DNA of 64,000 bases. It comes from Escherichia phage vB_EcoM_WFL6982. Below, one piece after another: positions 27,936 through 36,630 of this stretch. Below the pieces are notes generated by a model. It saw only the letters and a program-made list of their open reading frames with translations. It was not told the DNA's origin and searched no databases. The first letter of the stretch is position 1. Every line of letters begins with the position of its first letter. The stretch is from the sequence record MK373774.1. The stretch is one strand, 5' to 3'. Both the position numbers and the translations under genes were made by a program.

Positions 27936-29605
27936 TGATGAGTGATATCGCCACCGATTGGACGATAAGAAACACCAGTTTCTTTATCAGTTAGTACCCA
28001 TTTACCAGGATTTTTTGTAATCAGAGTAGCCGTTACAGGTTCTGCTACGTCATAACTAATAGAGCCGTCTTGAAGTACACGGCCCATGTTACGTAATTGC
28101 TTAGTCAGAAGTTCCATACCTTTATAATATGCAGCTACCGCTTTAAGTGGATTATTCTTGAAATAACCACCTAATGCAATCCAGATAATTGCCACTGCCA
28201 AATGATGATACTCGTTAAACGAACTCATCTTTCCATATTTGTAAACTAATGGATTGATGTTAATAGTCACATTACAAGTTGTTTCATCAATAGTAAACTG
28301 TCCCCAGGTCGGATTAGCATTGAATTCATCATAACCTGAAACAGCGTAAAGCACTTTAGCTTCATCGTACAATTTTGGCCCGTAAATCTTGGTTTCGCCA
28401 AAATATCCGCGAGGGTCGATAAACTTGACTTCGCCATCATCAGTAATCATAGTATTACTGAAGTTCGGGTCACCATGAATAACAGAGTACTGTCCCTGAG
28501 AACGATTATGATAACGAATAAGGTGTTCTAAAGCTTGTTTCAGCATTGGCTTCAGACGTCCAATCTTAGTGTAGTTCACATGTGTGATTTTACCAAATGA
28601 ATCAATCAATGGTTGAATGCTTTCACAACGATCAATAACTTTCGTATAGAACTCTTTAGTGAAATCACGGCGAACAGTTTCAGGACTTACAAAATACGTG
28701 TCTGTGCTGAATTTCAGTGCATCTAAAATTGCATCAACAATTTGTGGACGAGCAAGACTTGATTTGGATTTAATATATTCAAATGCCGGCTTACCTTTAA
28801 TGCGTTCCATTTCAAAGTTATTTTCATTAACAGAAACTAACTGAGGAACTGAATCTGATTTCACTTTCAAATACCACGAAATCTCATCTTTCTGAAGAGC
28901 TCGTCCCTGTTCGGTTAATGCGAATTTAGTTACAGTTTCTTCACCAATTTCAACTGCATTAAAACTACGATTAAGTTCACGAACTTCATGAGCTTTTTCA
29001 AGTTTAGGCATATCACCTAAATCAATTATATTCATAAGCTCTGATTTATTGAATGCGCCGCTGTAAAGGAATTCTACGAAATCACGTCCTTTGCAGTATT
29101 CATGAATTTCCTCATCGGTAGAACCCATATAGAATTCCCAGTCTTTGAACTGATAAATTCCTACAACATTACCACCTGTTGAACCTACGTTAGTGATATT
29201 TTCACCGTCGAAATTATACCGACATTCGTCACCCTTAACATAGATTGCGTTAACATTCCAAGACCATGAACCAAAATCAGGAATAATATCACACCAGTTA
29301 ACAATTACATTATGGCCGTCTAAATCTTTGTGTAATTTAGCAAGAGCATAAGCAGAACCGTACGCTTCATCAACTGTACGAATAGTCACATTGAACCCTT
29401 CTTGCTCACAATAAGCTCGAACAGTTTCAGCAAATTTTGAATGAACTACTACAATAATTTCATCTGCGCCAAGGTCAGAATAAATTGTATACAAATTGCT
29501 CAGAATAGTGTCTTGTTTATAGTTAACAAGCACCTTAGGAATATGATGCGTTATTGGATATAAACGAGTCGCCAGTCCAGCACCAAGAATAACAGCTTTT
29601 TTCAT
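27920..29605 (-). CDS. bifunctional sugar-1-phosphate nucleotidyltransferase / sugar kinase (APH/choline-kinase fold)
   Basis: 561 aa; N-terminal AVILGAGLATRLYPIT..PKVLV nucleotidyltransferase signature; C-terminal kinase motifs IHGDPNFSN and FIDPRG. Confidence 0.7.
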   Translation of the reverse strand: MKKAVILGAGLATRLYPITHHIPKVLVNYKQDTILSNLYTIYSDLGADEIIVVVHSKFAETVRAYCEQEGFNVTIRTVDEAYGSAYALAKLHKDLDGHNVIVNWCDIIPDFGSWSWNVNAIYVKGDECRYNFDGENITNVGSTGGNVVGIYQFKDWEFYMGSTDEEIHEYCKGRDFVEFLYSGAFNKSELMNIIDLGDMPKLEKAHEVRELNRSFNAVEIGEETVTKFALTEQGRALQKDEISWYLKVKSDSVPQLVSVNENNFEMERIKGKPAFEYIKSKSSLARPQIVDAILDALKFSTDTYFVSPETVRRDFTKEFYTKVIDRCESIQPLIDSFGKITHVNYTKIGRLKPMLKQALEHLIRYHNRSQGQYSVIHGDPNFSNTMITDDGEVKFIDPRGYFGETKIYGPKLYDEAKVLYAVSGYDEFNANPTWGQFTIDETTCNVTININPLVYKYGKMSSFNEYHHLAVAIIWIALGGYFKNNPLKAVAAYYKGMELLTKQLRNMGRVLQDGSISYDVAEPVTATLITKNPGKWVLTDKETGVSYRPIGGDITHQWERI

Positions 29606-29646
29606 GTTGAAGTCCTCATTGGTAAGTAGGAGTATTGTACACTATT

Positions 29647-29790
29647 CTAGTTAAAGCATTCATACTTTGCTTGTAGTCCAATCATAATCCATCCAATTAC
29701 AAGTGTTGGAATCATTACTGGAGCCGTTAAGCTCCAGTAGATAGTCATGACAAACATCAATAGTAAAAGTCCTATTGTTATTGCTTTCAT
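29647..29790 (-). CDS. small single-pass/hairpin membrane protein (possibly Imm-like)
   Basis: 47-aa hydrophobic ORF MKAITIGLLLLMFVMTIYWSL.., ATGA overlap with upstream SIS gene; not in ORF track. Confidence 0.4.
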   Translation of the reverse strand: MKAITIGLLLLMFVMTIYWSLTAPVMIPTLVIGWIMIGLQAKYECFN

Positions 29791-30422
29791 TGTTCGCCTC
29801 GTAACATGGCACCTAGTGCACCGCCTGGATGGAACTTAAGGAAATCATTAGAGGTAAATCCACGTTCAGACGAAAGGTTGATAGCGAACGTATCGATAAG
29901 CGCTAACAACAATGTAGTAGACATTGTCGGAGCTAAAGAGTTCTCGTCAACTTCTACCGCGATACCGGTACAGAACGTATAATCAAAAAGAGCTTCGTAT
30001 TCTTGTGGAATGTCAGGGTTACAATGTAACAGAATCTGTTTAACCTGAGGACGAATCATACGAAGATGTTTAGCAACACCTATCATTTCTTCAGTCTTAC
30101 CAGAACGACTGATGTGAACTAATACATCATTAGGTGCAATAAATCCTGCGTCACCATGAGAATAATGCCCAGTGTTCAAATACATGCTAGGAATACCTAG
30201 TGAAGCAAAAGTCTCGGAAGCTTTAGTTGCGATATTAGCGTTCTTACCAACACCTGTAATAATTACACGACTTTCATAATTACTCAGTCCAGGGCGACGA
30301 AGAGTTTCTAGAATAGCATTATAACGAGCAGGGTTTTGACTAATTACTTTAGCCATAGTGGCAAGAGAAGAAGCTTGTTTTATGATTGCGTCAATAGCGA
30401 TAGTGATTGGTGTAGTTTTCAT
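29787..30422 (-). CDS. SIS-domain sugar-phosphate isomerase, D-arabinose-5-phosphate isomerase (KdsD/GutQ-like, no CBS domains)
   Basis: 211 aa; RVIITGVGKN..HGD..ISRSGKT..LAPTMSTT..HPGGALG aligns block by block with E. coli KdsD SIS domain as recalled. Confidence 0.85.
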   Translation of the reverse strand: MKTTPITIAIDAIIKQASSLATMAKVISQNPARYNAILETLRRPGLSNYESRVIITGVGKNANIATKASETFASLGIPSMYLNTGHYSHGDAGFIAPNDVLVHISRSGKTEEMIGVAKHLRMIRPQVKQILLHCNPDIPQEYEALFDYTFCTGIAVEVDENSLAPTMSTTLLLALIDTFAINLSSERGFTSNDFLKFHPGGALGAMLRGEQ

Positions 30423-30462
30423 ATTTCTCTCATTTAATTAGTTTACCGTCCATGACATTATA

Positions 30463-33174
30463 TCAAAAATCGAACATATCGAACAGAGATGCTTTCTTCT
30501 CATAATCGAGTTTCGCTGCTGATGTGAATCCTTCAAGTGGTTTAATAAATGTCTTCTCAAGGAGAACCGTGTAGTCCATCCAATGAAGTACATCATCTTT
30601 GATTAAATCAGTGATTTCAGTACCAGAAGGCCATGCGATACATTTATCACCGAATGGGTTTCCTTCACGTAAAGGCAGAACATATACTTTTTCACCTTCT
30701 ACAACTTGTGGTGCATCGATATTACCTTTGATAGCCCGGTTATACGTCAGAATTCCACGAATATGGAACGGGCATTTAGGACCCGGGAATCCACCTACGT
30801 CGTATTTAGCAATGTTATTCGCAGAAGATACCGACGCGATGCTAATATAATTCAATTGACGGAATTCTTTTTCAAACTCTTTAAAATATTCTTGTAATGA
30901 TTCTTCACCTTCTTGAAGCATACGACGAATACATTCTTTAAGAGCTTTCTGTACTGCTTTAGGAGTCGAAGATTTCTGAGTCTCTAGACCCATGATTTTG
31001 AGTTTAGGCTCAGCGTAACGAGTACCTTCCATATCCCACACGTTTAATGCATAACGTTTCTTACCAGTCCAAAATCCGCCAATACCTTTAGAACCAAGCG
31101 GAGGCCCAGCGATAGCTTCTCGGTCCATGAACATTAAGTGTTGTTTATTGTTCATGTATTCACACATTTCACGGAAACCTCTATCAATAGCAGGTTCCAT
31201 ACGTTCACGAGCAAACTTATCTAAGAAGTCTACCCAATGGTTGGTATCACGGAATTTAGATTCACCAACCTTATCGATAATTTTATCAGCAGATACGTAA
31301 ATGGAGTCTGTATCACCATATAGAACGAAAGCTTCACCTTCTGTACCACAAACTTCATTCAGATATTCATTAACTTTACGTTCAATCCACTGTAAAGCCA
31401 TTTGCCCGAATGTTGTGATTGCAGTAGCATTACGCAAATCATAATAACGGAACCAAACGTTTCCAAGTGCACCATAAAGCGAGTTGATAAGCAATTTACG
31501 GTTAATTTGTGCAGTCATACCTGCAACTTCAGTACGTTGAGCTCTAAACAACATTTCATTAAGAGATTTAGCAGACAACTTTTTAATCTTTTCTTTAATC
31601 TCATCACTGAAGTCGAAACGATAATCAACATCTAATGGTTCGTCAACAGAAAGATTAGGATTATGCAATGCCTCTTTAATTATTTCGCCATTACGTTGAG
31701 CTGCAAGCATGTAACCTTTATGTTCTTTACGTTGATTAAAGACCTTAGTGATTTCAGTTGGAACTACACCATCACGGTCTTTATAATACATCATGCCGTT
31801 AGGAGAACAACTGTACACATCTGAAGGACGTTCAGCGATTGCGTTAATATAATCATGCAATGGAGCTACTTTAAACGTTCCTGCTATTGTTTCCGGGCTA
31901 ATATTCACTTGGCGAATAATACTTGGATACAGAGATGTAAGGTCGAAACTCATTACATATTTGTATCGATTTGGAATAGGTTCCTTAACAAAAGCGCCGG
32001 GATAAGGTTGAACCGGGTGAGAACGACCTTGTGGAATCACCTTGTTCTGCTCTTTAAGGCTATTAAAAATAATAGCATCCCATGTTTTAATTGGGCTAAA
32101 CACAGATTGAATCTGTATCTTAGCATAATAACCCATGTCCAAGCTCAAGTTGATGAACTGACGCTTAGAATCAATTTGCAATACACGATATACGTCGATA
32201 ATGTTATAAGAAATATATCGTTGGTGATTGCTTTCACGAAGCTTAGAAATAGGGCCGTCGTATTTCAGTTTGCCAACGTTCAATTCAAATTCTGAAATGT
32301 AATCCAGAGAATACGACGGTTGGTTCGTGAAAGAGAACTTTTTGTAAAGGTCAATGTAATCAAGAACAGAGATACCGAACAATGTAATGATTTCACGAGA
32401 ACCATACATGTTTTCGATAACTTTAACACGAGTTTTACGATGTGGTGATAAACGTTTCGCAGTAGATTCGCCAAAAATATTCTTGATTCGGTTATACACA
32501 TATGGAATATCAAATGACTCAACGTTCCATCCAGTCAAAATGACAGGAGTTTTCTGTTGCCAGAAGTTGAGATATTCCATCAACAATTCTTTTTCGTTAT
32601 CGAACGGCATATAAATGATTTTATCGATAATTTCGGATGGAACTTCATCGCCGCCTTGTTCTTGAAGCTTAGCCGCAATTTCGATAGACCATTCTTCTAC
32701 ATTACCATATGGAGAATTCAATAGATCAAATACGTAGAACCTGTCGTCAATTGAGTCATAATGGGTGATAGCATCAATTGGATGTTTTGCTTGTGACGGC
32801 TCAGGGAACCCGTCCGGAGATGTTACTTCGATGTCGAAGTTAGCCACACGAATTTTTGTATGGTCGTATTTGATTTCATAGTTATAAGTGTCAGACAAAT
32901 ACGCCAATTTGAAATCGTCCATGCCAAGTGCTTCAAGTCCGATATCTTCCATGCGTTTAATCCATTGGGAGGCATCACGCATATTAGCGAACAACTTACG
33001 AGTACACGGCTTACCGTAGATATCGAAATATTTCGTAGCCTGACTTTCTGGACAATGAGCAAACAGTGATGGTTTATATTCTACTTCACGAGTACGTTCA
33101 CGGCCATTAGAATCGATGTAACGTTCAAAAATTGAATCACCAATCTGTTCAACCGTTAAGTAAAATTCTTTCAT
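30463..33174 (-). CDS. 43: DNA polymerase (family B) with 3'-5' exonuclease
   Basis: 903 aa; exo motifs FDIE, YNIIDV; pol motifs DxxSLYPS, YGDTDS; sequence recognised as RB69-type gp43 from memory. Confidence 0.97.
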   Translation of the reverse strand: MKEFYLTVEQIGDSIFERYIDSNGRERTREVEYKPSLFAHCPESQATKYFDIYGKPCTRKLFANMRDASQWIKRMEDIGLEALGMDDFKLAYLSDTYNYEIKYDHTKIRVANFDIEVTSPDGFPEPSQAKHPIDAITHYDSIDDRFYVFDLLNSPYGNVEEWSIEIAAKLQEQGGDEVPSEIIDKIIYMPFDNEKELLMEYLNFWQQKTPVILTGWNVESFDIPYVYNRIKNIFGESTAKRLSPHRKTRVKVIENMYGSREIITLFGISVLDYIDLYKKFSFTNQPSYSLDYISEFELNVGKLKYDGPISKLRESNHQRYISYNIIDVYRVLQIDSKRQFINLSLDMGYYAKIQIQSVFSPIKTWDAIIFNSLKEQNKVIPQGRSHPVQPYPGAFVKEPIPNRYKYVMSFDLTSLYPSIIRQVNISPETIAGTFKVAPLHDYINAIAERPSDVYSCSPNGMMYYKDRDGVVPTEITKVFNQRKEHKGYMLAAQRNGEIIKEALHNPNLSVDEPLDVDYRFDFSDEIKEKIKKLSAKSLNEMLFRAQRTEVAGMTAQINRKLLINSLYGALGNVWFRYYDLRNATAITTFGQMALQWIERKVNEYLNEVCGTEGEAFVLYGDTDSIYVSADKIIDKVGESKFRDTNHWVDFLDKFARERMEPAIDRGFREMCEYMNNKQHLMFMDREAIAGPPLGSKGIGGFWTGKKRYALNVWDMEGTRYAEPKLKIMGLETQKSSTPKAVQKALKECIRRMLQEGEESLQEYFKEFEKEFRQLNYISIASVSSANNIAKYDVGGFPGPKCPFHIRGILTYNRAIKGNIDAPQVVEGEKVYVLPLREGNPFGDKCIAWPSGTEITDLIKDDVLHWMDYTVLLEKTFIKPLEGFTSAAKLDYEKKASLFDMFDF

Positions 33175-33205
33175 TTAATTTCCTTTAGACGAGTTATTGT
33201 CTTTT
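33175..33205 (-). promoter_or_regulatory. gene 43 translational operator region (small hairpin plus SD AAGGAA)
   Basis: mRNA-sense AGACAAUAACUCGUCUAAAGGAAAUUAAAUG resembles the T4 gp43 autoregulatory operator (UAAUAACUCG..AAGGAA). Confidence 0.5.
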
Positions 33206-33232
33206 GTTTGTTGATGAACTTATTATACTCCA

Positions 33233-33252
33233 AATGGGACCGAAGTCCCATT
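33233..33252 (-). terminator. stable UUCG-tetraloop stem-loop between regA and 43
   Basis: AATGGGAC-cgaa-GTCCCATT perfect 8-bp hairpin 4 nt after regA stop. Confidence 0.5.
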
Positions 33253-33255
33253 GCT

Positions 33256-33624
33256 TTAATTACCAATTGTATATTTTGCTTTCAAAGTCCAGTCATCTTT
33301 CTGTTTAAAAGAGATAACACGGAAGTTATTAGTCAGGCCAAACAGATCTTCACGAGCAGAGTCTTCAATAACAATCAATCCCCAGTCTTCAAGCAACTGA
33401 GCAATCGAATCACGTCGCTGATAGTCTTCACCATCAATATCAACCTGACGTCCGTCCATACGCAGCATTTCTTTAAAGTGGACGATGTAATATTTACCTT
33501 GCTTTTGGAGGATATGACAGGACTGATAAAGAACTTTATCCTTGTTATTAGCGATGCCCATACGGGTCAGAGTCTCTTTGACTTTCAGAAAATCTTCGGG
33601 GTTCTTCAATTTAATTTCGATCAT
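33256..33624 (-). CDS. regA: RegA translational repressor
   Basis: 122 aa from ATG at 33624; MIEIKLKNPEDFLKVKETLTRMGIANNKDKVLYQSCHIL matches T4 RegA as recalled. Confidence 0.92.
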   Translation of the reverse strand: MIEIKLKNPEDFLKVKETLTRMGIANNKDKVLYQSCHILQKQGKYYIVHFKEMLRMDGRQVDIDGEDYQRRDSIAQLLEDWGLIVIEDSAREDLFGLTNNFRVISFKQKDDWTLKAKYTIGN

Positions 33625-33626
33625 TT

Positions 33627-34190
33627 TTACCATTCCAATGCTAATTTTTTAAATTGTTTTTGTTCTTTCACATTTTTTGTAACTTCTTTGAGAAACTCAT
33701 CAGTGACCATGGCCTTCAGTTCTTTAAGGACTATTGGCAACTTGTTATTTTTTTCAAGGAGCCGCTTATACTCGGTAGCATCATTCATGTTGATTGTGTA
33801 ATGTTTCATCAACAGTTTGATAACTAGTAACTCTGAAGTGTCTTCGACTAGTTTAGCCCATTTAGAGAATCGTCGGCCACGTGGAATTGCCGCCATCATA
33901 TAGTTGAAGTGCGCTTCATCACTTAATTCAGAACCGACTAAGTTCATCATGTAAACGGCTGGCATACATTCTGGGAACTGGGATAATGAGTTCTCAACCA
34001 TAAATTTTGAGTAGTCGACCTGAGCAATTGACATAGATTTCTTTTCATTAATAGCATTAATGATTTTAAAGAATTCATTCTCAGGTTTTTCTTTAAACAT
34101 GTCAGCACATTTTTGAATCGCATCAGCGTCATTAGACTTCCATGCAATTTGGTGCTCGTTAAGTTGGACGTCATCATCAAATAAGTTCAT
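33627..34190 (-). CDS. 62: clamp loader small subunit
   Basis: 187 aa, same size and position as T4 gp62. Confidence 0.85.
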   Translation of the reverse strand: MNLFDDDVQLNEHQIAWKSNDADAIQKCADMFKEKPENEFFKIINAINEKKSMSIAQVDYSKFMVENSLSQFPECMPAVYMMNLVGSELSDEAHFNYMMAAIPRGRRFSKWAKLVEDTSELLVIKLLMKHYTINMNDATEYKRLLEKNNKLPIVLKELKAMVTDEFLKEVTKNVKEQKQFKKLALEW

Positions 34191-34191
34191 A

Positions 34192-35154
34192 TTATTTCCA
34201 AGTCAGTTCGCAGGTCAGTTGAAGAAGCATATACATAACGTGTAATTCAATATTACTAGCTAGTCCATGAAACTTATTATTTTCGCCTGCAATTTCATAA
34301 AGCGAAATAATACTTTTACCAGGTGCAACTTTGTCATAACACTCGGAAACTAATTTATCGATGAACCATGAATAATCTGCAGCGTATTTTGGAGCTAATG
34401 CACGAAGCTGTTTGATATCTTTATTTTTCATTGCTTCTATGACATCATCTACCGTGCCACGATCATTGGTTACAATCGACAAAATACCTGCATCAAGAAC
34501 ACCTTTAGACGAGTACTGGTCTAATTGACCAATTGTACGTCGAAAGTCCGGGAAGTTCTTTTTAACCAGAGCTGCAACAACTTTCATATCAGCGATTTCG
34601 ATATTTTCGTTCTTACAGATTTCAACCATGCGATGAATCATTTTCTTCATCATTGAGATTTTATCTTCTTCGGTTGGACGTCCGAATTCGATAACTCGAC
34701 AACGACTACGTAACGGTTCGATAATTCCATCGATGTTGTTGGCAGTAATAATAATAGAACAGTTACTAGAGAATTCTTCCATGAATGTACGAAGGTGACG
34801 TTGTGATTCGGCGAGGCCACTACGGTCAAATTCATCAATAACAATAACTTTAGGCTTGCCTTCCATTGAGACTGAACGAGCGAATGCAGTTAACGGACCA
34901 CGCACAAAATCAATCTTACAATCAGAACCGTTGACGAACATCATTTCGGCATTGATATCATTACATAATGCTTTTGCTACGGTTGTTTTACCGGTACCAG
35001 GAGATGGAGAGTGTAAAATAATATGAGGAAGTTTTCCTTTAGATACTAAAGACTTGAATGTTTCATGGTCATACGCAGGCAGAATACATTCGTCAATGGA
35101 AGAAGGACGATATTTCTGTTCTAGAATGTGTTCTTTGTAATTGATAGTAATCAT
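34192..35154 (-). CDS. 44: clamp loader large subunit (AAA+ ATPase)
   Basis: 320 aa; Walker [11 protein letters not shown], Walker [12 protein letters not shown] motif. Confidence 0.92.
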   Translation of the reverse strand: MITINYKEHILEQKYRPSSIDECILPAYDHETFKSLVSKGKLPHIILHSPSPGTGKTTVAKALCNDINAEMMFVNGSDCKIDFVRGPLTAFARSVSMEGKPKVIVIDEFDRSGLAESQRHLRTFMEEFSSNCSIIITANNIDGIIEPLRSRCRVIEFGRPTEEDKISMMKKMIHRMVEICKNENIEIADMKVVAALVKKNFPDFRRTIGQLDQYSSKGVLDAGILSIVTNDRGTVDDVIEAMKNKDIKQLRALAPKYAADYSWFIDKLVSECYDKVAPGKSIISLYEIAGENNKFHGLASNIELHVMYMLLQLTCELTWK

Positions 35155-35229
35155 GTAATTTTCCTCATTATCATTAAACTGGAGGATTTCTCCTCCATAA
35201 TCGTACTACATTAAACGTAAAGCTTTGAC

Positions 35230-35916
35230 TTAGAAGTCGTGGGTAGAATCGGCTTCCATCGCAATAACATAACTTACTTGAGAGCTTTCAAACTTGGCTG
35301 CAACTTTATCACCAGCTCCCCACAACATTACTTTATAGTTACCTGGCTGGATTTTCATATTAGCCATATTGATTACGAAGTTAAAGTTGTTAGAACCATC
35401 ATAATCAGTAAGAGTCAAAGAATACTTAGGACGAGTCAAGCCAGAATCTTCAACTTTATTGTAACCGTTGATAACAATTTTACCATCTTTATTTGTAATA
35501 GCAATTGTATCAATCTGAAGACCGCGTGAAACTCGAAGCAATTGTTGAAGGTCTTCGGCTTTAATTTCAGTAATCACAGAAGCCATTGGGAATTGAATTG
35601 GCTTATTAGGAAAAACAATGGTGCTCTTGTCGGCAGCAGGCCAATAAACTGTGGAACGTGTATCTGCAATTTTAATATTGCCATCAGTATGCATTGAAAT
35701 TTCGGCATCATCAGACACTAGACTCAAAATGCTTAAGAAGCTATTCAAATCATAAAGTGCTACGTCAAAATCAATTTCATCAGAGATATTTGCTTCCGCA
35801 TAAGTGGTGCCATTAACTGCACGAGTCATAATAAATTTACCTTGACTCAGCAGAATGCCAGAGTTAATAGAGGCAAAGTTTTTCAGAATAGCGATAGTAT
35901 CTTTAGACAGTTTCAT
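35230..35916 (-). CDS. 45: sliding clamp
   Basis: start moved to MKLSKDT (ATG 35916); near-colinear with T4 gp45 as recalled. Confidence 0.95.
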   Translation of the reverse strand: MKLSKDTIAILKNFASINSGILLSQGKFIMTRAVNGTTYAEANISDEIDFDVALYDLNSFLSILSLVSDDAEISMHTDGNIKIADTRSTVYWPAADKSTIVFPNKPIQFPMASVITEIKAEDLQQLLRVSRGLQIDTIAITNKDGKIVINGYNKVEDSGLTRPKYSLTLTDYDGSNNFNFVINMANMKIQPGNYKVMLWGAGDKVAAKFESSQVSYVIAMEADSTHDF

Positions 35917-35958
35917 TTTATTTCCTTTCAAGACAATTCAAAGTTTATAACAAATTTA

Positions 35959-36375
35959 TTATGCAGCAACCATCTGCTTTTTAATAGCTTCAGGCAGTGA
36001 TTCAATATATTCTGGAATTTTAGAAGCAACAATTTCGCCAGCTGCAATTAGTTGTTCGTCGGCATCAACACAGTAGAAATCTTCCAGACGCTCAGAACCG
36101 TCTTTATCAAGAACGATTTTTGCGCCAGCTTCAATAGAATCTTTATAGTGCTTACGCATCAGATGAATCCACATATCAGATACATCGTTATCAATAAAAC
36201 CATAAATCATAAAACGAGTTTCTTGCGGCAAAGATTGGAGTTTTTTAGCACTTGCGTCATCACAATGCAGGACCCATGCTTTACGAACACGATTATGGTT
36301 ATGTGGGTTAGCGTCAGTACGGATAGAAGTAACTTTCAGATCAGCAGCAGTGAAACCTTTAGCAGTAGTAAACAT
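35959..36375 (-). CDS. hypothetical protein (rpbA position)
   Basis: 138-aa ORF between 45 and 46 where T4 has rpbA; identity not verified. Confidence 0.4.
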   Translation of the reverse strand: MFTTAKGFTAADLKVTSIRTDANPHNHNRVRKAWVLHCDDASAKKLQSLPQETRFMIYGFIDNDVSDMWIHLMRKHYKDSIEAGAKIVLDKDGSERLEDFYCVDADEQLIAAGEIVASKIPEYIESLPEAIKKQMVAA

Positions 36376-36387
36376 ATTATTTCTCTC

Positions 36388-36588
36388 TTATTCGTAGAAG
36401 TCGGTAACTGTCCATGCAGAATTGCGATTAGACATTATTTTATTATACTCATCTTTAAAAGCAGATTTGAGCATTTGTTCAGTAACAATATGTTCTTCAC
36501 CTGAAAACGTATTGGTCAAAACATATTTTTTAATTTCAGGGACAACGAGAAGATGTTGTCCAGTTGAATACTCCATGTTGTTCTCCAT
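36388..36588 (-). CDS. hypothetical small protein
   Basis: 66-aa ORF. Confidence 0.4.
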   Translation of the reverse strand: MENNMEYSTGQHLLVVPEIKKYVLTNTFSGEEHIVTEQMLKSAFKDEYNKIMSNRNSAWTVTDFYE

Positions 36589-36630
36589 TTAATTTGATGT
36601 GGTCATTATAACCACATCGTGTTAAAGCGT

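Noticed and set aside
31855-32295. 146-aa plus-strand ORF inside DNA polymerase gene
   Set aside because: Entirely antisense to the strongly supported gp43 ORF
33208-33801. 197-aa plus-strand ORF
   Set aside because: Lies antisense to regA, gene 62 and the gene 43 leader, has no SD, and the translation is low-complexity; treated as a frame artefact of the AT-rich minus-strand genes
36052-36504. 150-aa plus-strand ORF
   Set aside because: Antisense to the rpbA-position gene and a neighbouring small minus-strand ORF; no translation signals
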